From Malacoraja senta (taxonomy: Eukaryota), in the NCBI GenBank assembly GCA_038087875.1, contig JAXLNO010000529.1:372001-436000 (forward strand): 64,000 bases of DNA, written 5' to 3'. This document shows positions 23,928-38,081 of this stretch, piece by piece; position 1 is the stretch's first letter; each line of letters begins with the position of its first letter. The position numbers were made by a program, and so were the translations under genes. A model generated the notes under the pieces. The model worked only from the letters and a program-made list of their open reading frames with translations, searched no databases and had not been told where the DNA came from.

Positions 23928-26900
23928 GTTTTTTTTATTTTTATTTTTTTTTTTTTTTTATTTATTAGAAGTACATTACATTACAACCACATACATTAGT
24001 ACTCGTCATTTATATCTTCTTACAATTAATGTACTCCATTTATTTTTTACACTAGAAAAGGAAAAGATTGAAAGAAAGAAGAAAGTGAAGGAAAAAGTGA
24101 AAGTGTAGGAAATGTGACAACAAAAAAGGACGAAGACCCTATAAGAGCAAAATTATAAACAAAAGAAAAAGAGTTAAGAAATAGACCCTAGGAAAGAAAG
24201 AGAAAGAGAAAGAGGAAAAAGAGAGAAACAAATATTTTTATGAGCATTACGTAAATGGGACATACCAACTCTTCAACTATCATCCCTGACCTAAATTATT
24301 ATTTTTTTAAGTACTTTTGCACCCTATGTTTGTAATAATTCTATAAATGCAGACCACGTCAGGTGGAAGTGATCTGGTTTACCTGCTAGGAGGAGTCTTA
24401 TCTCTTCTAGGTGTAATGTTTCAAACATATTTGAAATCCACATATTTATAGTTGGTATTGGAGCCTTCTTGCAAAATTTTAGAATTTGCTTTTTTCCAGT
24501 TATTAACCCATAGTCCATTAGTTTCTTTTGAAACACATTTAGTTCTGGACCATCTTCCGTTATACCGAAGATAATCCATTCTGCTTTGGGTATCAGTCTT
24601 GTTTTAAATAACTTTGTAAAGATTTCAAAAATTTCATTCCAAAATTTTTGAATTTTTGTACAGAAAACGAATGAGTGCGCTATAGTAGCTTCTTGGGATT
24701 GACATTTATCACAAATAGATGATACATTTGGGAAAATTTTATGAATTTTAGTTTTCGAATAATATAATCTATTTAAATTGTATTAGAGTGTGTCTTATAT
24801 TAATCGAGCATTTATGCACGTTTAATAAGTATTCATTCCAACTTTCCTTTGAAAATTTAATAGCTAACTCTTGTTCCCAGTCTCTTCTGATACCCTCCGT
24901 AGATGGTATTTGTACATTTAAGATAATATTATACAAATATGATATTAAGTTTGCTGATTCCGCTTTTATCTGCATTGCCTTGTCCAATACATCTACTGGG
25001 TTATTATAATGATCTTTTGTATATTTTTTCAAATAGTCGCATATTTGAAAATATTTAAAATATTGATTATTTCTGAGTTTATATTTTATTTGAAATTGTT
25101 GAAATGAAAGTAATTTTCCAGTTTCATACAAGTTACCAAGCGTTTTAATTCCTAGTCTATCCCATTGTGTATAAGCTTTATCTATAATAGAAGGATTAAA
25201 CGAAGGGTTATTGACTATAGGTAATCAAAGTGATACATTTCTTAATTTTAAATTTTGTTTTATTTGTTTCCAAATTCGGATTGTAATATGAATAATTGGG
25301 TTCTTATTATAATTTATGTTATTCAAATTCATTGGAGAAAGGAGGATCGCTCCAATGTTTCTAGAGGAGCAATCCTCTTTCTCCATTACAATCCAGTCCA
25401 CTTGCTGGGCGGAGTTATCCATCAGTTGAATCATATTTTTAATATTTACTGACCAATAATAATACATAAAATTAGGTAGTGCTAAACCCCCTAATACTTT
25501 AGGTTTATTCAGATGAGTTTTTTTGTATTCTATGTGATTTATAGTCCCATATAAAATTAGTGATATCTGAGTCGAGTTTTTTTAAAAACTTCTTTGGTAA
25601 GTATATAGGAATTGATTGAAATAAGTATAAAATTTGTGGTAAAAAGATAATTTTTATTGCGTTTATTCGGCCTATTAAAGACATCGGGAGCGTTTTCCAG
25701 AATTTAATTAGTGTGTTTAATTTATTAAGTAGGGGGTCAAAATTTGCCCTAAACATACCTTGATATGTTCTGGTAATTTCAATTCCCAAATATTAAAATT
25801 TTTCTGTGGCTATTTTAAAAGGGAATTTTAAAAGATGTGTTGAATCTTTCGGTTTTATTGACATAATTTCACTTTTATTCCAATTTATTCTATATCCAGA
25901 AAAAGATCCAAAGTCTTCAATTAAATTTAATATATTTGGTATAGTGATTTGAGGTTTTGTAATGTACAGTAATATATCATCCGCGTATAAAGATATTTTA
26001 TTATATGAGTCTTTAGTATTATATCCATGGATATCAGGGTGTATTCTAATTTTTTCTGCTAGCGGTTCAATAATGAGAGCAAAGCTGTGGTGATAATGAG
26101 CATCCTTGTCTATTTCCCCTTGATAGTTGGAATTTCGAGGATAGTATGTTATTAGTTAGTATTCTAGCTGTAGGTTTGTGATATAGTAACTTGATCCATA
26201 GAATAAAATTCTCCCCCAGTTGAAATTTTTGTAATACTTTGTCCATATAATTCCATTCTACTTGATCAAATGCTTTTTCAGCATCCAGCGAAATAATTGA
26301 TAATTCTTGATCTTCAGATTTGTGTGAGTGCATTATGTTGAGTAGACGTCTCATATTGTTAGATGAGTATCTCTTAGGGATAAACCCCGTCTGATCTGGG
26401 TTTATTAATTTACTAATGTATTTACTTAATCTTCTAGCTAATGTTTTCGCTAATATTTATTGATCTGTGTTTAACAATGCTATAGCTCTATATGAACCAG
26501 GTTCTTCTAAGTCTTTATTTTTCTTAGGTATTAATGTAATCTTTGATTCCGCTAATGTATCAGGTAGTATTCGTTTTTTAAAAGCATATTGGTACATTTT
26601 TTGTAATCTTGGTATTATTTTATCATAAAAGCCTTTATAAAATTCATTAGTAAATCCGTCAGTACCTGGTGTTTTTCCATTCTTTAGTGAGTTTATTGTA
26701 TCTTCTAATTCCTTAATTGAGATTTGTGCACCCAGTTCCTCTTGTTCCTTTCAGCTCTAACTTTGGAAGATTACAGGTATCCAAGAACTTAGTGATATTA
26801 TTGGAATCAATTGTCGTTTTAGATGTATACAAATTCTCATAAAATTGCGCAAATCTTTTATTAATATCCTTCGGTGTTGTTAATAATTCCCCTTTATCTG

Positions 26901-28500
26901 ATTTGATCTTTGGTATAGTATGTTCCTTTTCTCGTTTTCTTAGCTGGCGAGCCAAAAGTTTATGCGGTTTATCCCCAAATTCAAAGTGCTCTTGTTTTGT
27001 AATTTGAAAAAGTCTTATAGGTTTGGCAGATAATAATTTATTTAATTTAAATTTCAAAATTATTATTTTATTATGTTTATCTATTGATGGATCTTTAGCA
27101 TTATCTATATCCATTTGTCTAATAAGTTCTTCTAACTGTCTTTGTTCATACTTATTCTTTTTATTTTGAAAAGCTTGATATGAAATTATAATACCCCTAA
27201 TGTATGCTTTAAAAGATTCCCATAATACAGTAGGCGATATATCTGGAGTATCATTTATTTGAAAAAAGACCTCCATTTGTTCTTTTAAATATATACTCGC
27301 TTGTGGATCTTTTAGAATTTGAGAATTAAATCTCCAAAACGATTTATTGTTAGACAATCCTTCCAGTTTTAAAAAGAAAGTTAGTGGAGAATGGTCTGAA
27401 ATCGAGTTTGTGTGGTATATTGCATTAGATGTTTGGGGGATTAATTTTGTATCCAGCAGAAAGTAGTCTATACGTGAGTATGTCTTATGTACCATTGAGT
27501 AAAACGAGTATTCCCTGCCAGTTGGATTAACAATTCTCCAAACATCTGCTATATTAGTGTTGTTTATATAGGTATTGAGAAGTTCCCCAGTTTTCGATTT
27601 CATATTCCCTCTCTGTTTTTGACTTGATTTATCTAAGTACGGATCTAAAACACAGTTAAAGTCTCCTCCTATTGTAACATTTTGATAGTTTGACTCTGCA
27701 ATTATGTTGAAAATTTTATTGAAAAAGTGGGGGTTATCAAAGTTAGGGGCATATATATTTACCAAAGTAAGTGGAGTATCATGGATTTCTCCATTAACTA
27801 TTAGGTATCTCCCTTCTATATCTGTTATGATATTCTTTGCTTTAAATGGTATACCTTTTCTTATGATGATTGACGTGCCTCTAGATTTTGAAGTAAATGA
27901 AGAATGGTATGTTTGACCTATCCATTTCGCCCTCAACCTAACTTGATCCTGAGATTTTAGGTGTGTTTCTTGTAGGAAGGTAATGTCGGAGTTGTACAAT
28001 TTCAGCTGAGCTAGTATCTTACCCCTTTTAATAGGTTCGTTAATACCTCTTATATTCCAACTACAAAATGAGATTCCTCCTAGGTTCTTTTGTGTGGTGT
28101 CATGCATTTTGAATAATTATAGTACCTTTAAATCATGTGGTGCATCCATATCCCAGGTCTTTAGGTATTGGGGGAGCTTTTGAGTTTTTAAGTTTTGCTG
28201 GTATGTCCATTTTACGCTTATCACTAAACACAAAACACAAACAAGTGATTTTATGTGATAAAAAAAAACTAAAAAAGTGAAGATACAGTGTCTGATATAG
28301 TCGGCACTGTAGCGAATGTCCCACCTGTAGGTGGGAAAAAACCTTGTTTTGACTTCCTTTGCGTTGTTACACAAATAGCTCCGCTCTCTTGGTTAATCAT
28401 ATTAAAATATTAAAACGGGGCCTCACATTCAGATATATAATACAATTTTACCCTGTATATTTCATTATAACATATATATATATCGGAATTTTAACTACTA
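23928..28500 (-). mobile_element. L1/Tx1-type LINE ORF2 (endonuclease, RT, C-terminal Cys motif); degenerate, no ORF1 seen
   Basis: SWNIRGIN, FLQETH, GGDFN, SRIDYF and SDH in ORF 26713-28107; SLDAEKAFDQVEW; SLYADD near 25985; T-rich (poly-A) tract at 23928-23965. Confidence 0.92.
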
Positions 28501-28659
28501 ATTATTAAACCGATACTTTTGACTTCAATAAGAATCAACTGCTGGTTGAAGGGGTTAACGAGACGTACTTACCTACAGTTCATCGCGTGTAATCCATTTG
28601 GCGCAGCGTAGCAACATTACGGGTCATGGGTCGTGACCCGACTCCCGTGAAACCTCCCT

Positions 28660-29133
28660 ATAGCGGATGATCTCTGCTGCCGACCTCTCTGGCCTCCCGC
28701 GGGGAAGGGGGGGTGGTACTCGGGTGGGGACGGGACAGCGCCGGATACCCGGCCGGGATAGATCCTGCCTGCGGATGAAGCGCAGGTCTATGCCACGTCT
28801 CCCTCCTCCAATCACCGCACTCTATCCTCAGTCCCACCCCCCCACTACTCCCTCCACCAATCACCGCACTCTATCCTCAGTCCCACCCACCTCCCTCCTC
28901 CAATCATCGTGCTGAGTTATCATGTCCTGCCCCCATTGCCTGCTGACCGACGTCTCTCTCGTCCAATCGGCCCCCTCCCTCGATCTCCAGTCCCGCCCCC
29001 ACTGTCTCGCGGAAAGCGGAGATTTCACCGGGTTTTAAAATACGGATTACAAAAACTTGGGGGGGATGTCCCCCACCTCTCAAAACATGGAGGGGACGTG
29101 TCCCCTCTGGCGCCCCCAGGTTTTCTGCCCCTG
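28660..29133 (-). mobile_element. Partial inverted copy of the hAT MITE at 17913
   Basis: Reverse-complement match ending ...ggttttctgcccctg. Confidence 0.7.
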
Positions 29134-29138
29134 CCCTG

Positions 29139-31807
29139 GTGGAGCGCACCGAGGCCCCCCTAGATCTCGAGGCCCTAAGCTTAAGCTTGTCTGGCTCATA
29201 CGTAAATCCGGCCCTGGTGGGAGGAAATCGGAGCGCCCGGAGAAAACCCACGCAGGTCAAGGGGAGAGAGAATGTGCAAGCTCCGTACAGACAGCGCCCG
29301 TGGTTGGGATGGAACCGGGGTCTCTGGCGCCGTGAGGTGGCAACTCTACCGCTGCGCCATCGTCACGACCAGAGAGGGAGGGAGAGGTGAATACTTCTTT
29401 CTCCCTCTCTCTCCCCCTCTCTTCCCTCTCTCCCAATCTTCCCTCTCCCTCTCTCTCTTCCCTCTCTCCCTCACTCCCAATCTTCCCTCTCCCTCTCTCT
29501 CTTCCCCCTCTTCCCTCTCTCCCTCTCTCCCCTCAAAACGTTCTCAAATGTTTCTCCAAACTTTCTCAAAACGCTCCCAAACTTTCTCTCACACTCATTC
29601 CCTCCCTCAGTCCTCTCTCTCTCCCTCTCTTCCCTCTCTCCCTCTCTTCCCTCTCTCCCTCTCTCCCTTCAAAACGTTCTCAAAAGTTTCTCAAAACTCT
29701 CCCAAACTTTCCCTCACACTCATTCCCTCTCTCTCTCTCTCCCTCTCTCTCCCCCCTCCTTTTCCTCTCCACCCCACCCTCAATGCACCAAAAAAACAAC
29801 AACAAAACCACCCCGGAACCAACATTCGGCGTTTCGCCCTCCACCCGGACGCCTGAGACCCGCCGTCCCACTTTGCCAGCGCCGGTGCGCCGCCCTAAAG
29901 CGTCCCCCCTCCCGCCGGAAGCGCCTCAGGAATGCAGCTGTGTAGAGCAGGTAAAGATAAAAGTGCTGCCATGCAGCGGGGGAGGCAGCAATGCAGCCAG
30001 TGATGCATGCATTCCCTTTAATGCAGCAGGGGGAGCATGCACAGGTGCTGGCAGGTGGTTCCCCACACTTTATAACTCACATATCCACACTTAATGTGGC
30101 CCTTGCAGGCCGGTTTCTGTCTCATTTCCAAACCATTTGCCCCAATAACTCCCTCACAGTCACCAAGCCGACCCTGCGGGACAACGAGGTGGATGCGGGG
30201 AGCCCGGAGCGTCCGGGAAAGGCCCTTCGGCCCATTTCACTCCTGCTAGCCCACACGGCATTGTCTGAATTGGACCTTTCTGAATTTGTAGTCAGCAGGG
30301 CAGTTCTCTCCATATGGCCAACTTACCGAGTCCACTCCGACTTGCAACCATGGCTGACCTATCTCCCCCTCTCTCTCTCTCTCCTCTCTCTCCCCCTCTC
30401 CCCCCTCTCTCTCTCCCCGCATTCCCCCTCTCTCTCCTCTCTCTCACCCCCTTCTCTCTCCCCCTCTCTCTCCACCCTCTTTCTCCCCCCTCTCTCACTC
30501 TTCCTCTCCCTCTCTCTCTCCCCTCATTCCCCCTCTCTCCCCCCCTCTCTCTCTCCCCCTCTCTGCCTCTCTCTATCCCCCTCTCTGCGTCACTCCCCCT
30601 CCCTATCTCCCTCTATCTCCCCCTCTATGCCTCTCTCTCTCCCCCTCTTCCTCTCCCTCTCTGCCCCACGCTCTCCCCCCCTCTCCCTCTATCCCTGGTG
30701 AGACCACACCTGGAGTATTGTGTGAAGTTTTGGCCTGTTCGCCTTCATAACAAGAGGAGTTGAGTGTAGGAGCAAAGAGGTCCTTCTGCAGTTGTACAGG
30801 GCCCTGGTGAGACCACACCTGGAGTATTGTGTGCAGTTTTGGTCTCCAAATTTGAGGAAGGACATTCTTGCTATTGAGGGAGCCTAGCGCAGGTTCACCA
30901 GGTTAATTACCGGGATGGCGGGACTGTCATATGCTGAGAGAATGGAGCGGCTGGGCTTGTACACTCTGGAGTTTAGATGGATGAGAGGATATCTCATTGA
31001 AACACATAAGATTGTTAAGGGCTTGGACACACTAGAGGCAGGAAACATGTTCCCGATATTGGGAGGAGTCCAGAACCAGGGGCTATAGTTTAAGAATAAG
31101 GGGTAAACCATTTAGAACGGAGACGAGGAGAAACCTTTTCTCAGAGAGTTGTGAGTCTGTGGAATTCTCTGCCTCAGAGGGTGGTGGAGGCCAGTTCTCT
31201 GGATGTTTTTTCAAGAGAGAGTTAGATAGGGCTCTTAAAGATGGTGGAGTCAGGGGATATGGGGAGAAGGCATGAACGGGGTACTGATTGGGGATGATCA
31301 GCCATGATCACATTGAATGGCGGTGCTGGCTCGAAGGGCCGAATGGCCTCCTCCTGCACCTGTTGTCTTGTCCAGTGAAGATGATTTGACTCTTGTTAGG
31401 CAAAAATGCTGGAGGATTACTCAGCGTGTGAGGCAGCATCTATGGAGCGAAGGAATGGTTCTTGAGTCTGAAGGAGGGTCTCGACCCGAATCGTCAACTA
31501 TTCCTTCGCTTATAGATGCTGCCTCACCCGCTGAGTTACTCCAGCATTTTGTGTCTACCTTCGATTTTCCAGCATCTGCAGTTCCTTCTTAAACATTTAG
31601 ACGATATTGTTGTCTCCTTTATTCCATTCCATTGCGGTTCTTGCAAAGAACGAGTCGTTATAAATATCTGTCCAGGCCAATGGTGTTTCTATTTGCAGAT
31701 CATTTCTCTTTCCTGTCCTATGTGTTGAGTACGTTATGTATCTATCTGCAGTTAGGCCCACGGTTGGCAGGAATGGGTCTATGTTCACCCAAATCCTCTG
31801 TTCCAGA

Positions 31808-31847
<40 letters not shown>

Positions 31848-32082
31848 GAGAGACAGACAGAGACAGAGAGAGAGACAGAGACAATGAGAGAGACAGAGAG
31901 AGAGAGACAGAGAGAGAGAGAGACAGAGAGAGAGACAGAGAGAGACAGAGAGAGAGAGACAGAGAGAGACAGACAGGGAGAGAGAGACTGAGAGAGACAG
32001 AGAGAGATACAGAGAGAGAGACAGGGAGAGACACAGAGTGAGAGACAATGAGAGAGACAGGGAGAGAGACAATGAGAGAGAC

Positions 32083-32113
<31 letters not shown>

Positions 32114-32145
32114 TAGACAGAGAGAGAGAGCGAGCGAGAGAGACA
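29139..32145. repeat. Compact copy of the segmental duplication whose partner is split across 2748-4190, 5624-7640 and 13807-15182
   Basis: Same order: unique block, CT tract, satellite junction unit, CR1 3' end, hairpin repeat, LINE-tail fragment, GA tract. Confidence 0.9.
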
Positions 32146-34333
32146 TTAGAAACATAGACAATAGGTGCAGGAGTAGGCCATTCGGTCTTTCGAGCCTGCA
32201 CCGCCATTCAATATGATCATGGCTGATCATCCAACTCAGTATCCTGTACCTGCCTTCTCTCCATAACCCCTGATCCCTTTAGCCACAAGGGCCACATCTA
32301 ACTCCCTCTTAAATATAGCCAATGAACTGGCCTCAACTACCTTCTGTGGCAGAGAATTCCACAGATTCACCACTCTCTGTGTAAAAAATGATTTTCACAT
32401 CTCGGTCCTAAAAGACTTCCACCTTATTCTTAAACTGTGTGTGACCCCTTGTTCTGGACTTCCCCAACATCGGGAACAATCTTCCTGCATCTAGCCTGTC
32501 CAACCCCTTAAGAATTTTGTAAGTTTCTATAAGATCCCCCCTCAATATTCTAAATTCTAGCGAGTACAAGCCAAGTCTATCCAGTCATTCTTCATATGAA
32601 AGTCCTGCCATCCCAGGAATCAGTCTGGTGAACCTTCTCTGTTCTCCCTCTATGGCAAGAATGTCTTTCCTCAGATTAGGAGACCAGAACTGTATGCAAT
32701 TCTCCAGGTGTGGTCTCACCAAGATCCTGTACAACTGCAGTAGAACCTCCCTGCTCCAATACTCAAATCCTTTTGCTATGAATGCTATGAATGTTAACAT
32801 ACCATTCGCTTTATTCATTGCCTGCTGCACCTGCATGCCTACTTTCAATGACTGGTGTACCATAACACCCAGGTCTCGTTGCATCTCCCCTTTTCCTAAT
32901 CGGCCACCATTCAGATAATAGTCTACTTTCCAGTTTTTGTCACCAAAGTGGATAACCTCACATTTATCCACATTATACTGCATCTGCCATTCATTTGCCC
33001 ACTCACCCAACCTATCCAAGTCACCTTGCAGCCTCCTAGCATCGTCCTCACAGCTAACACTGCCCCCCAGCTTCGTGTCATCCGCAAACTTGGAGATGTT
33101 GCATTCAATTCCCTCATCCAGTTCATTAATATATATTGTAAATAGCTGGGGTCCCAGCACTGAGCCTTGCGGTACCCCACTAGTCACTGCCTGCCATTCT
33201 GAAAAGGACCCGTTTACTCCTACTCTTTGCTTCCTGTCTGCCAGCCAGTTCTCTATCCACATCAATACTGAACCCCCAATACCGTGTGCTTTAAGTTTGC
33301 ATACTAATCTCTTATGTGGGACCTTGTCGAAAGCCTTCTGAAAGTCCAGATATAACACATCCACTGGTTCTCCCTTATCCACTCTACTAGTTACATCTTC
33401 GAAAAATTCTATGACATTCGTCAGACATGATTTACCTTTCATAAATCCATGTTGACTTTGTCCAATGATTTCACCACTTTCCAAATGTGCTGCTATCCCA
33501 TCTTTAATAACTTACTCTAGCAGTTTCCCCACTACCGATGTTAGACTAACTGGTCTGTAATTCCCCATTTTCTCTCTCCCTCCCTTTTTAAAAAGTGGGG
33601 TTACATTAGCTACCCTCCAATCCTCAGGAACTACTCCAGAATTTAAAGAGTTCTGAAAAATTATCACTAATGCATCCATTATTTCTGGGGCTACTTCCTT
33701 AAGTACTCTGGTATGCAGCCTGTCTGGCCCTGGGGATTTATCGGCCTTTAATCCATTCAATTTCCCTAATACCACTTCCCGGCTAACCGGGATTTCACTC
33801 AGTTCCTCCATCTCATTTGACCCTCGGTCCCCTGCTATTTCCGGCAGATTATTTATGTCTTCCTCAGTGAAGACAGAACCAAAGTAGTTATTCAATTGGT
33901 CTGCCATATCCTTGTTCCCCATGTTCAATTCACCAGTTTCTGACTGCAAGGGACCTACATTTGTTTCAACTAATCGTTATCTCTTCACATATCTATAAAA
34001 ACTTTTGCAGGCAGTTTTCATGTTCCCTGCCAGGTTTTTTTCATAATCTATTTTCCCTTTCCTAATTAAGCCCTTTGTCCTCCTCTGCTGGACTCTGAAT
34101 TTCTCCCAGTCCTCTGGTAGGTTGCTTTTTCTGGCTAATTTGTATGCTTCATTTTTTGTCTTGATGCTATCCCTGATTTCCCTTGTTATCCACGGATGCG
34201 CTACCTTCCCTGATTTATTCTTTTTCCAAACTGGGATGAACAATTGTTGTTCATCCATGCAGTCTTTAAATGCCTTCCATTGCATATCCACCGTCAACCC
34301 TTTAAGAATCACTTGCCAGTCTATCTTGGCCAA
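32146..34333 (-). mobile_element. 5'-truncated CR1 LINE
   Basis: ORFs 32585-33484, 33512-33949 and 33977-34333 with RT motifs and stops. Confidence 0.95.
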
Positions 34334-34334
34334 T

Positions 34335-35378
34335 TTTTGTGTGTGATATTTTTGATATCTTTTATTTCGAACGAACGATAAAAAAAAGAAAAGAAAATAT
34401 GAAAATGAATAATAAATAAAGGAAAATTATATATATACATACATATATACATAAATACATACACACATACATACATATACATGTACATATATACATACAT
34501 ACATATACACATATACACATATACACATATACACATAACATATGTACATACATAAATTAAAAAATCAAAAGCCAATTTCAACATAATACACATTAGACTC
34601 GTTCGAAAAGGGATAGGAAGAAGCCTATGCTTGTCAAGTCCTACCCCCATTCTTCACCATTAACAAATGCAAAATTCAATAAAATAAAATAAACAGACAA
34701 TTCAATTAAAACTACTCCAATCAAGCTATTAAGAAAAACGAACAAAAAAAGAAAAGAACAGAAAGAACAAGCACCATTAACATCTGTGAGATTTACATTC
34801 TCCTTCCTCATTACTGTACTTTTCAAAGATATATCTTTTTTACATTTTTTTAAATTGCATTATATTCATACTTTGTTTAATCGTTTCATCAAGACCATTC
34901 CACAAAACCACCCCACAAATGGAAATACACATACTTTTTAAATTGGTCCAAGCATAATGCTGTTTCGAGTTTAGTTTCCCTCTAAAGTTATAACCCCCCT
35001 CTCTGTCTCTGAACAGTTTTTGTATGTTTACAGGTAGCAGTTTATTTTTTGCTTTATAAATTATTTGTGCAGTCTTAAATTCTACCAGATCCTTAATCTT
35101 TAAGGTGTGTAATTTTAAATACAGTATATTGGTGTGTTCATGATATCCTACATTGTTTATTATACGAATAGCTCTTTTTTGTAGTGTGCTTAGTGATTGT
35201 AAGGTGGTTTTGTAGGTGTTGCCCCATACTTCCACACAGTAATTTAAATACGGTAACACAAGTGAGCTGTACAGAATATACAGTGCTCTCTCATTCAAAA
35301 CATGCCTTGCTTTCCCCATCACTCCAATACTCCGTGCTACTTTTGCTCTCACATGTTTTATATGGGGTTTCCAGCAGA
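34335..35378 (-). mobile_element. 3' end of the same L2/Crack-like LINE as 11057-12932
   Basis: Near-identical sequence (MRAKVARSIGVMGKARHVLNERALYILYSSLVLPYLNYCVEVWG). Confidence 0.9.
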
Positions 35379-35379
35379 T

Positions 35380-36795
35380 AATTCACATCTCATACCCTCA
35401 AAGTTACCTTTCTTTAAGTTCAGAACCCGTGTTAAATAAATACAAATTTACTCTCAATGGTATTATTATCGAACACACTATGAGCTATACTTACCTTGGT
35501 CTAACTGTTGCAGCATCAGGGAGCTTCAATATGGCAGTGAATGCACTTAAAGAGAAAGCTCGAAGAGCTCTATGCAATAAAAAGAAGATTCTACAACATC
35601 CAAATTCCAATTAAAATCTGGCTTAAAATATTTGACAGTGTAATCCAGCCTATTGCGCTTTATGGTAGTGAAGTATGGGGTCCGCTCAGTCACCATAGTT
35701 ATAGTAAATGGGAAAAACATGCAACGGAGGCCCTGCATGCGGAATCTTGTCTGAACATCCTCCGCATCCTAAGGAAAACACCAACAAACGCATGTAGGGC
35801 GGAATTAGGCAGATAACCACTGATAATAAATATCCAGAAAAGAGCACTAAATTTTTGAAATCACCTTAAATCTAGCCCCCCGGATACCCTCCAGTTTAAA
35901 GCCCTTAAAACACAAGAGGGGAGCCCAGAAAAGAGTTCCCTGTGTCAGTTGGTACTGAGACTAACTACGCCTATTCAGTTAAACCCTATCCAGTTAAATC
36001 CTGAACAGCCTCAGATCAATACTGATCCCCTATCACCAGTTAGAGTGAACCAAATTATCAAACAATGTAAAGAAACGTATTTGGAACATTGGGATAAAGA
36101 AACCAAAAGCCAAAGCAGATTAGAATATTACCTTGCCCTAAAAAGAGATTATAAATTGGCAGACTATCTCTCAACTGTTAGAGACATAAAGCAGAGACAG
36201 ACCCTCACCAAATAGAGGTTAAGGCAGTTGAAAAAGGAAGACAGAAGAGATTCTGGTAATCAAGAGAAAGCAGAATATGCGGCGACTGTTTGACAGATGA
36301 GGTTGAAACAGAGGTGCACATCCTCCTAAAATGCTAAAAATTTGACAAAACAAGGAAAACATATTTTGACAAACTCAGTCTGGCAACCCCTGATTTTAAA
36401 GAACTAGTTGACACATCAAAACTAAGAATAATCCTTGGTGAAGGAAATACGGCACATCTTGGTGCACAATACGTAACAGCATGCCATAACCTGAGAGACG
36501 GTGAATGACCAATATGCACATTTGTACGCACACACTAATTGGCATTAACTGACACTAAGAAATTAACATTGAATTGCTAAACTTGCTATTCTGTTGTACT
36601 GCTTACAGCTGCAAGAACGTGTAGCAATCAATAAAGGGCTATAGGCTTATTGCAAGTTTATGTACAGGGACATATCTCCATGCAATATACTTGTATTTAT
36701 ACTTATGCATTTTAAATATGTATGTCATGTTTTATACTTTGGCAATATAACAATGTATTTTTTTATCATGCCAATAAAGTTTTAAAATTGAAATT
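35380..36795 (+). mobile_element. RTE-X-like LINE 3' portion
   Basis: YTYLG, KIFDSVIQPIALYGSEVWG and ACRAELGR motifs; caataaa near 36773; clade assignment tentative. Confidence 0.65.
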
Positions 36796-36799
36796 GAAA

Positions 36800-37238
36800 A
36801 TGGAGAGAGACAGAGAGTGAGACAGAGAGAGAGAGATAGACAGAGAGAGGGGGAAGACAGACAGGGAGACAGAGAGAGGGGGGAAGACAGAGACAGGGAG
36901 AGAGAGAGGGAGAGACAGAGGGTAAGAGAAGGAGAGAGACAGACAGAGATGGAGAGAGACAGAAAGATACAGAGACAGAGAGACACATAGGGAGGGGCAG
37001 AGAGAGACAGAGTTAGAGGGAGAGGGAGGGACAGAGAGAGAGAGAGACACACAGAGAGACAGGGAGAGAGGGAGGGAGACAGAGAGAGATAGAGAGAGAC
37101 AGAGAGAGAGAGAGAGACAGTGAGATAGAGAGAGGGAGAAAGAGACAGTTAAATAGAGAGAGAGACGATGGGACAGAGAGAGAGAGGGAGAGAGACAGAG
37201 AAAGAGAGTCAGATAAAGAGAGAGACAGACAGAGAGAG
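36800..37238. repeat. (GA/GACA)n low-complexity tract
   Basis: Directly visible. Confidence 0.95.
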
Positions 37239-37316
37239 TGCTGGAGTAATTCAGCGGGTCAGGCAGCATCTGTGGAGGGAAGGAATGGGTGACATTTTGG
37301 GTCGAGACCCTTCTTT

Positions 37317-37885
37317 GGTTTAGTTTAGTTTAGAGATGCAGCGCGGAAACAAGTCTTTCGGCCCATGGACTCTGCGCCGACCAGCGATCACCCCGTACAC
37401 TAGCACTATCCTACCACATTAGGGATAATTTAACAATTTTGCGGAGGCCGATTAATCTACAACCATGAATGTCTTTGAAAGTGGTGGTGAGTGGACAGAG
37501 AGTGGTGAATCTCTGGAACTCTCTGCCACAGAGGGTAGTCGAGGCCAGTTCATTGGCTATATTTAAGAGGGAGGTAGATGTGGCCCTTGTGGCTAAAGGG
37601 ATCAGAGGGTATGGAGAGAAGGCAGGTACGGGATACTGAGTTGGATGATCAGCCATGATCATATTGAATGGCGGTGCAGGCTCGAAGGGCCGAATAGCCT
37701 ACTCCTGCACCTAATTTCTATGTTTCTATGTTTCTATGTTGGAGGAAACCGGAGCACCCGGAGTAAAAACCCACGCAGGTCAAGAGGAGAACGTACAAAC
37801 TCCGCACAGACAGCACCCATAGTCAGGAGCGTACCTGGGTCACTGGCGGCTAGGCAGCAACTGTACTGCTGCGCCACTGTGCCGC
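37317..37885 (-). mobile_element. tRNA-headed SINE (V-SINE/HE1-like) split by a + strand CR1 3' end (about 37495-37740)
   Basis: (tttag)n tail at 37317; SINE head ending cgccactgtgccgc; similar to the copies at 58221 and 59293. Confidence 0.75.
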
Positions 37886-38081
37886 GTAGAATTATATAAC
37901 GGTTTCCTCCGCCATAAACGCACCTAATATGTGCTTGTTGACCCGCTGTGTTCCCCTCCTGCAGGGTTTAGGAGCCGTTGCTGTGGACGGAGAGACGGGG
38001 ACGTGACCGGCCATTGAGGGCGGCCAGGGTGCCAGTGAGCCCCCCCTCCCCCCATCTGCTCGGTGTGCGGGCTGAGCTTCG